Assembly: GCA_965233585.1 (NCBI GenBank)
Contig: CBDDTI010000653.1
Location: 1 to 16,235, forward strand
From: a bacterium
Lineage (GTDB): Bacteria; SAR324; NAC60-12
DNA: 16,235 nucleotides
Direction of reading: 5' to 3'
Of the stretch, positions 9,246 through 16,235 are shown piece by piece. A model generated the notes under the pieces. That model was not told where the DNA came from. It saw nothing but the letters and a program-made list of their open reading frames with translations, and ran no database searches. Every line of letters begins with the position of its first letter. Within the stretch, counting starts at the first letter, position 1. Position numbers and translations under genes: made by a program.

Positions 9246-12200
9246 AACCGCCTTGTTAGTCAGAGTGCAATGCTTTAGGAAAAGTCTGCACAAGGCTGTA
9301 CAAGGGCCAAGCACAAGACCTATAGTCGTCTCGATGATCAATGGGTCATACTGTCGTCGTCGAAGGCGTTTAACTATTTTCGAACCCGACGAGATGAAAT
9401 TCGGTGTGTCTTTGACCCTCCTTAGTTTGTAAACTAGATCACCGTAGAAGACCGGGTGAGAGATTCCTTTAAATACATATTCTTGGAACGAAATATCACC
9501 AAATTTAGACAGAAGTTCGGAGTACGATCTAAAGAACTTTCCAAATGTTTTTCGAAGCTTGTGATATCTATAACCCTGTGTAAGCAGTTTTGAAGTAATT
9601 TGGAGATTTTTAGAATGGAAATCCAAAACGCTAGTACAACATCTAGCAAATCTAACCAACTGCGAAATGTAAATACCGTAGGATGGGAGTCTTGGAACGT
9701 CACCACTCAACCATGGGAAATTAACAATAGGAAATCCGAAGTCATCGCGTTTGTCGTAAACGCTGGTATGAATGTCACTGCCAATAACTTTAATATTTAA
9801 ATCCAAGAAAGAAGTTTCTTTGTCCGAAGTGTTTGCTTTATTTAACTGAAGTTCTGCTGGATATATGTCGGGAATATATTTCTCAAATTCAGGGTTATCG
9901 ATGGTGAATATATCGTCAAGATATCGAGAGGTATCATTAAACATGTCTATGAGGTCATGACGTTTAGATTTCTGAAGGTCAGACATAAAGTCCCTCTCAT
10001 AACAATATAAAAATAAGTCGGCTATAAGTGGAGCACAGTTAGTGCCCATAGGAATCCCTACTATTTGTTGATATACCATGCCATCAAATTGCACATATAT
10101 GTTTTCCATGAGGAAAGTAAAAGCTTCACATAACTCCGCGCAAGACCAACATCTATACGAGTCATATTTCTTGTTGCTAAAAAATCCTGCCTTAAGTGAA
10201 GTACAGAGGTAAGATTTTGACTCTCTGTTGAAACACCAGTTGACCAGAGACAACACTTTTGCTTTGATCAGATCATGTGGCAATGAGGTGTATAAAGTAG
10301 AAAAGTCGAAAGAAGATACTTGAGAACCCTGAAAGTTACGCAGTCGCAACTTTTCGATGACCTCGGAAGAGTTTTTAATGGACCAAAAATAATTGACATT
10401 ACTATTGCTAAAAGCAGTTTCACTGTACTTCATAACATGATCTTTGACAGCTGTAAGAGCAGATGTAATATGCTTAGAAAGAATGGTAGTAGAGCAGTGA
10501 CTTGAATTTGATATAAAACGCGATTTATAAGGACGTTTGTGTAATTTTGGCAACCAATAAAATGTAGGCAGTTCACATTTATCAATTTTGACATTGATTT
10601 TGGTGAGAGTATTGATGTGATGCACAAGAAGTTGGTCTTTCGTCAACTGAGCAGGTACATATGTACTCGTAGAATTCAATTCCCCTTTCAAAACCTCCAC
10701 GTAGTGTCGTTTTCAAATAATGATCACGTTATTCGCTGCTTTATCGGCAGGAGCAAAGACATATTTACGGTGTAATTTCTCCATTTTCTTTTTCAATGAC
10801 TTGACCGAACGACTGGGTGGCTGTTTGTACAAATGTGGATGTTTAGTAAAATTGTCTATTCTGATGTCAATGACGCGTAAAAATTCATTTTTCCAGTCGT
10901 TAAGGGCATGCACTCCGACGCCTTCCTTTTTAGACCAACGTTTACAATATGTCTGAAGTGCATCCTCGACAATATCCCGGCATTTAGTAAAATCAATCCT
11001 GGATGGAAGTCTATATTTAGGCCCTTTCTTAAAGAGTGACTGTAATCCTTTGTCAGGAATACAAGTAAGGTCACCTGTGACAACATGTCCAGCAGGTGGA
11101 TACAGAAACGGCGAGTCCGCACAAGATCATGATGGCTGAATGGAACTCAGAACATCAGGATCAGAAGTTACTTGGTTGTAGTTGAAAATGATATTTCTAA
11201 TAGGATTTTTATACTGATAGCAAATAAGAGGAGGTTCAAGATTCTCGAAATACTGAGGAATTTTAGAGGTGACTCTATGATCTCTGAAAATGTTGGAAAT
11301 ATTGAGCAAGTCCAAGCCTTGATTAACGAACTTAATTTTGATAAACTGTGTTTTAGGAGGAAGTGTTGGTATGCGGGGAAAGAGTTTATTAAACGAAAAG
11401 GCCATAATCATTTTAAGTTTGAATCAATCTGAATGTCGTAAACTTCTGCGGTCAGCCTCATCCAGGATTGGTTTCAGTCGAGACACTGGAATAGAAGAGA
11501 GTGCATGTAAAAGCTCATGTCGACCGTTATTTTTCGCGATTCGCAAAAGGTCATCCAAGGACCTATTCAGTCTTTGTTTTCTCCTAGAGAGACCATTGCG
11601 ACGCACACCATGAGATCGACGCTTTCTGCGAACATCTGGTTTTAATGAGAAGACGTTAATGTTTGAGCGAACGGATGATATATTCCCTTGTTGGTAGATC
11701 TGGTCATTAAGGCCAAGAGGATACGGTGTCTGTAGTCGCTTTATCCAGTTGAGTTCGGCCGAAAGTCTGCGTTTTTTCATATCATTTTTAGAATCCCCAG
11801 GTTGTTTGGAAAGAATTTCAACTGGAGTTATAGTAACATTTTCTATGGAATGATTATATTTAATGAAGTGATCGTATAAGAAATTCTTGTATTTGCGTCT
11901 AGAATTGTTTCGGATTTTAAACGAATGACTGCGGAAGCGACCTTTCAGACTTTGAGATGTTTCGCCGACGTACTGAGCACCACAACCCCTGGCTTCTCAT
12001 GTAATAACGTATATCAAATTTGAACTATTTCAGTCAACATCTTTGTCGATTTGGATGCCGTATCTGTTGCCATTGATGGAGGATGTTATAGTTGACTTGC
12101 ATGAGATATGGTGGCATGTTAAACATCTCCTAGCATTGCACATGGATATCTTAGAAAACCTTCTGTTAATACGATTAGCAAGACGAAAGGACTTTGCAGT

Positions 12201-12416
12201 CCGACCTAAGTTAGAAACTGACTGAGGTTTGGAATTTGGGGAACCAAAGTGAAGGGGAGAAAGTGAAACTTTAGTAGTAGTAAACAGCTTTTTACCAGAA
12301 ACGCCAGGAAGATGCAGTGAAGATACAGAAGGCAATCTAAGAGGAGTGAGTAAAATTCGAGGTGATCTATGTTTGCAATTCAATAAATTTGTAGCCATAT
12401 TGAGGTTCCGGTACAT
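9234..12416 (-). CDS. Full-length Naiad PLE GIY-YIG-CxC-RT selenoprotein, ~1060 aa
   Basis: Same translation as unit C. In-frame TGA at 12030, 11997, 11424, 11127 and 10713; terminal TGA at 9234-9236. Confidence 0.9.
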
Positions 12417-12667
12417 GTTGGGAAAAGATTCCGTAGTATAAAGGAATCTATCACACAACTAAGTCAGAACTCGAATGAGATGAATAATGACACTTTAAAC
12501 ACCCGGACGCGGGGAACCTTGTTACAACGCTCCACACTGCAGCCGAGAATAAGTGTAGATATTAAGAGAAAAAGGAAGAGATCTGACTCAGTCCTATGAC
12601 AAAAGCCCCTACACCAACAGAAATGTCAAAAGGGCAAAGTGACAACACAAACAACGCCACAAAAAAG

Positions 12668-12794
12668 TTCGATTAAACAGCGGTTGCGGACCGACTTAGG
12701 ACGGTCAGTCGGAGTAACTACAGCCACCCAACTGGTGTGGTTAACCGGTTTACGGGCCCACCTTCCCACTAACCGCAACAGCCGTTTAATCAAA
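12668..12794 (-). other. Structured 3' UTR RNA element, unit E
   Basis: Identical to 5071-5197. Confidence 0.65.
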
Positions 12795-13020
12795 AGGACA
12801 CACATTTAAAAATTTGTAAATAAACCTCCTTATATAGACAACAAACCAACAGCCACCCCAAGCGGAGAGGTCATAAAAATCGTTACACGTAAGGCATAGA
12901 TGATAAATATAATATAGCAAAAATATATATGGTGACATCCGAATAGGGCAGGCTATGCTCCGCCCGGCTGAAAGCGAGCTCAGGTCTGATGGCTGAAGGA
13001 GTCCCGACTAACAATCAGAG

Positions 13021-13083
13021 GGGACGAAGATCAGGACCCTGTCGCCTCTGAGGAGGTTTAGACAAGGCCCGTCATATAGTCCC
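13021..13083 (-). promoter_or_regulatory. SECIS element (eukaryotic type II), unit E
   Basis: Identical to 5424-5486. Confidence 0.87.
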
Positions 13084-16000
13084 AACCGCCTTGTTAGTCA
13101 GAGTGCAATGCTTTAGGAAAAGTCTGCACAAGGCTGTACAAGGGCCAAGCACAAGACCTATAGTCGTCTCGATGATCAATGGGTCATACTGTCGTCGTCG
13201 AAGGCGTTTAACTATTTTCGAACCCGACGAGATGAAATTCGGTGTGTCTTTGACCCTCCTTAGTTTGTAAACTAGATCACCGTAGAAGACCGGGTGAGAG
13301 ATTCCTTTAAATACATATTCTTGGAACGAAATATCACCAAATTTAGACAGAAGTTCGGAGTACGATCTAAAGAACTTTCCAAATGTTTTTCGAAGCTTGT
13401 GATATCTATAACCCTGTGTAAGCAGTTTTGAAGTAATTTGGAGATTTTTAGAATGGAAATCCAAAACGCTAGTACAACATCTAGCAAATCTAACCAACTG
13501 CGAAATGTAAATACCGTAGGATGGGAGTCTTGGAACGTCACCACTCAACCATGGGAAATTAACAATAGGAAATCCGAAGTCATCGCGTTTGTCGTAAACG
13601 CTGGTATGAATGTCACTGCCAATAACTTTAATATTTAAATCCAAGAAAGAAGTTTCTTTGTCCGAAGTGTTTGCTTTATTTAACTGAAGTTCTGCTGGAT
13701 ATATGTCGGGAATATATTTCTCAAATTCAGGGTTATCGATGGTGAATATATCGTCAAGATATCGAGAGGTATCATTAAACATGTCTATGAGGTCATGACG
13801 TTTAGATTTCTGAAGGTCAGACATAAAGTCCCTCTCATAACAATATAAAAATAAGTCGGCTATAAGTGGAGCACAGTTAGTGCCCATAGGAATCCCTACT
13901 ATTTGTTGATATACCATGCCATCAAATTGCACATATATGTTTTCCATGAGGAAAGTAAAAGCTTCACATAACTCCGCGCAAGACCAACATCTATACGAGT
14001 CATATTTCTTGTTGCTAAAAAATCCTGCCTTAAGTGAAGTACAGAGGTAAGATTTTGACTCTCTGTTGAAACACCAGTTGACCAGAGACAACACTTTTGC
14101 TTTGATCAGATCATGTGGCAATGAGGTGTATAAAGTAGAAAAGTCGAAAGAAGATACTTGAGAACCCTGAAAGTTACGCAGTCGCAACTTTTCGATGACC
14201 TCGGAAGAGTTTTTAATGGACCAAAAATAATTGACATTACTATTGCTAAAAGCAGTTTCACTGTACTTCATAACATGATCTTTGACAGCTGTAAGAGCAG
14301 ATGTAATATGCTTAGAAAGAATGGTAGTAGAGCAGTGACTTGAATTTGATATAAAACGCGATTTATAAGGACGTTTGTGTAATTTTGGCAACCAATAAAA
14401 TGTAGGCAGTTCACATTTATCAATTTTGACATTGATTTTGGTGAGAGTATTGATGTGATGCACAAGAAGTTGGTCTTTCGTCAACTGAGCAGGTACATAT
14501 GTACTCGTAGAATTCAATTCCCCTTTCAAAACCTCCACCGACTGGGTGGCTGTTTGTACAAATGTGGATGTTTAGTAAAATTGTCTATTCTTATATAAAT
14601 GATGCGTAAAAATTCATTTTTCCAGTCGTTAAGGACATGCACTCCGACGCCCTTCCTTTTTGGACCAACGTTTACAGTATGTCTGAAGTGCAACCTCGAC
14701 AATATCCCTGCATTTAGTAAAATCAATCCTGGATGGAAGTCTATATTTAGGCCCTTTCTTAACGAGTGACCGTAATCCTTTGCCAGGAATACAAGTAAGG
14801 TCACCTGTGACAACATGTCCAGCAGGTGGATACAGAAACGGCGAGTCCGCACAAGATCATGATGGCTGAATGGAACTCAGAACTTCAGGATCAGAAGTTA
14901 CTTGGTTGTAGTTGAAAATGATATTTCTAATAGGATTTTTATACTGATAGCAAATAAGAGGAGGTTCAAGATTCTCGAAATACTGAGGAATTTTAGAGGT
15001 GACTCTATGATCTCTGAAAATGTTGGAAATATTGAGCAAGTCCAAGCCTTGATTAACGAACTTAATTTTGATAAACTGTGTTTTAGGAGGAAGTGTTGGT
15101 ATGCGGGGAAAGAGTTTATTAAACGAAAAGGCCATAATCATTTTAAGTTTGAATCAATCTGAATGTCGTATACTTCTGCGGTCAGCCTCATCCAGGATTG
15201 GTTTCAGTCGAGACACTGGAATAGAAGAGAGTGCATGTAAAAGCTCATGTCGACCGTTATTTTTCGCGATTCGCAAAAGGTCATCCAAGGACCTATTCAG
15301 TCTTTGTTTTCTCCTAGAGAGACCATTGCGACGCACACCATGAGATCGACGCTTTCTGCGAACATCTGGTTTTAATGAGAAGACGTTAATGTTTGAGCGT
15401 ACGGATGATATATTCCCTTGTTGGTAGATCTGGTCATTAAGGCCGAGAGGATACGGTGTCTGTAGTCGCTTTATCCAGTTGAGTTCGGCCGAAAGTCTGC
15501 GTTTTTTCATATCATTTTTAGAATCCCCAGGTTGTTTGGAAAGACTTTCAACTGGAGTTATAGTAACATTTTCTATGGAATGATTATATTTAATGAAGTG
15601 ATCGTATAAGAAATTCTTGTATTTGCGTCTAGAAATGTTTCGGATTTTAAACGAATGACTGCGGAAGCGACCTTTCAGACTTTGAGATGTTTCCCCGACG
15701 TACTGAGCGCCACAACCCCTGGCTTCTCATGTAATAACGTATATCAAATTTGAACTATTTCAGTCAACATCTTTGTCGATTTGGATGCCGTATCTGTTGC
15801 CATTGATGGAGGATGTTATAGTTGACTTGCATGAGATATGGTGGCATGTTAAACATCTCCTAGCATTGCACATCGATATCTTAGAAAACCTTCTGTTAAT
15901 ACGATTAGCAAGACGAAAGGACTTTGCAGTCCGACCTAAGTTAGAAACTGACTGAGGTTTGGAATTTGGGGAACCAAAGTGAAGGGGAGAAAGTGAAACT

Positions 16001-16146
16001 TTAGTAGTAGTAAACAGCTTTTTACCAGAAACGCCAGGAAGATGCAGTGAAGATACAGAAGGCAATCTAAGAGGAGTGAGTAAAATTCGAGGTGATCTAT
16101 GTTTGCAATTCAATAAATTTGTAGCCATATTGAGGTTCCGGTACAT
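13072..16146 (-). pseudogene. Disrupted Naiad polyprotein
   Basis: An extra C at ~14651 shifts the frame into a TAA. The 109-bp deletion removes the KYVFAPADKAANNVIII*KRHY segment. TGAs at 15760, 15727, 15154 and 14857 are retained, and the RT core (13072-14538) is intact. Confidence 0.8.
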
Positions 16147-16235
16147 GTTGGGAAAAGATTCCGTAGTATAAAGGAATCTATCACACAACTAAGTCAGAAC
16201 TCGAATGAGATGAATAATGACACCTTAAAACACCC

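Larger units (their letters stand above)
8726..12563 (-). mobile_element. Naiad-type PLE unit D (3838 bp; complete, apparently intact)
   Basis: The only unit in the window carrying every segment seen in any copy: 5' leader, ORF, SECIS and 3' UTR. Confidence 0.92.
1..16235 (-). repeat. Head-to-tail tandem array of a ~3838-bp Naiad-type Penelope-like retroelement (3 complete and 2 partial units)
   Basis: The ORF set recurs at offsets of 3552, 3838, 3759 and 3730 bp. Each deviation from 3838 is explained by a visible indel: 233+53 bp, 79 bp, and 109 bp deletion with a 1-bp insertion. Copies are otherwise near-identical. Confidence 0.97.
12564..16235 (-). mobile_element. Naiad-type PLE unit E (5' leader cut by the window edge; internal 109-bp deletion; mosaic)
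   Basis: The 3' half matches C/D. It lacks the equivalent of 10701-10809 at 14538/14539, and the 5' half carries unit-A-type SNPs. Confidence 0.88.

Noticed and set aside
23..15955. Plus-strand ORFs (60-91 aa) and alternate-frame minus-strand ORFs (65, 88, 90, 108 aa)
   Set aside because: These are shadow ORFs overlapping the main frame with no recognisable motifs. They recur only because the unit is repeated.
1..16235. CRISPR array, LTRs, terminal inverted repeats, tRNA or rRNA genes
   Set aside because: None seen. The only large repeats are whole-unit tandem copies.

Overview
The whole window is a head-to-tail tandem array of a ~3.84-kb eukaryotic Penelope-like retrotransposon (PLE) on the minus strand. 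It holds three complete units and two cut by the window edges: A 1-1414, B 1415-4966, C 4967-8725, D 8726-12563, E 12564-16235. The apparent string of small minus-strand ORFs in each unit is one reading frame of about 1060 codons: N-terminal Cys-rich region and GIY-YIG endonuclease, CxC linker, then C-terminal reverse transcriptase. That permuted order defines the Naiad/Chlamys PLE clade. The frame is interrupted only by five TGA codons, four at positions where these families have Cys. A canonical type-II eukaryotic SECIS hairpin sits at the ORF end, and its AUGA core is the terminal in-frame UGA. The element therefore most likely encodes a multi-selenocysteine RT/endonuclease. Selenoprotein Naiads are already described from clams and spiders, so the host is probably an invertebrate such as a bivalve, not a prokaryote. 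Additional features are a strand-specific structured RNA in the 3' UTR, copy-specific deletions, and two sequence haplotypes (A and the 5' half of E versus B/C/D).
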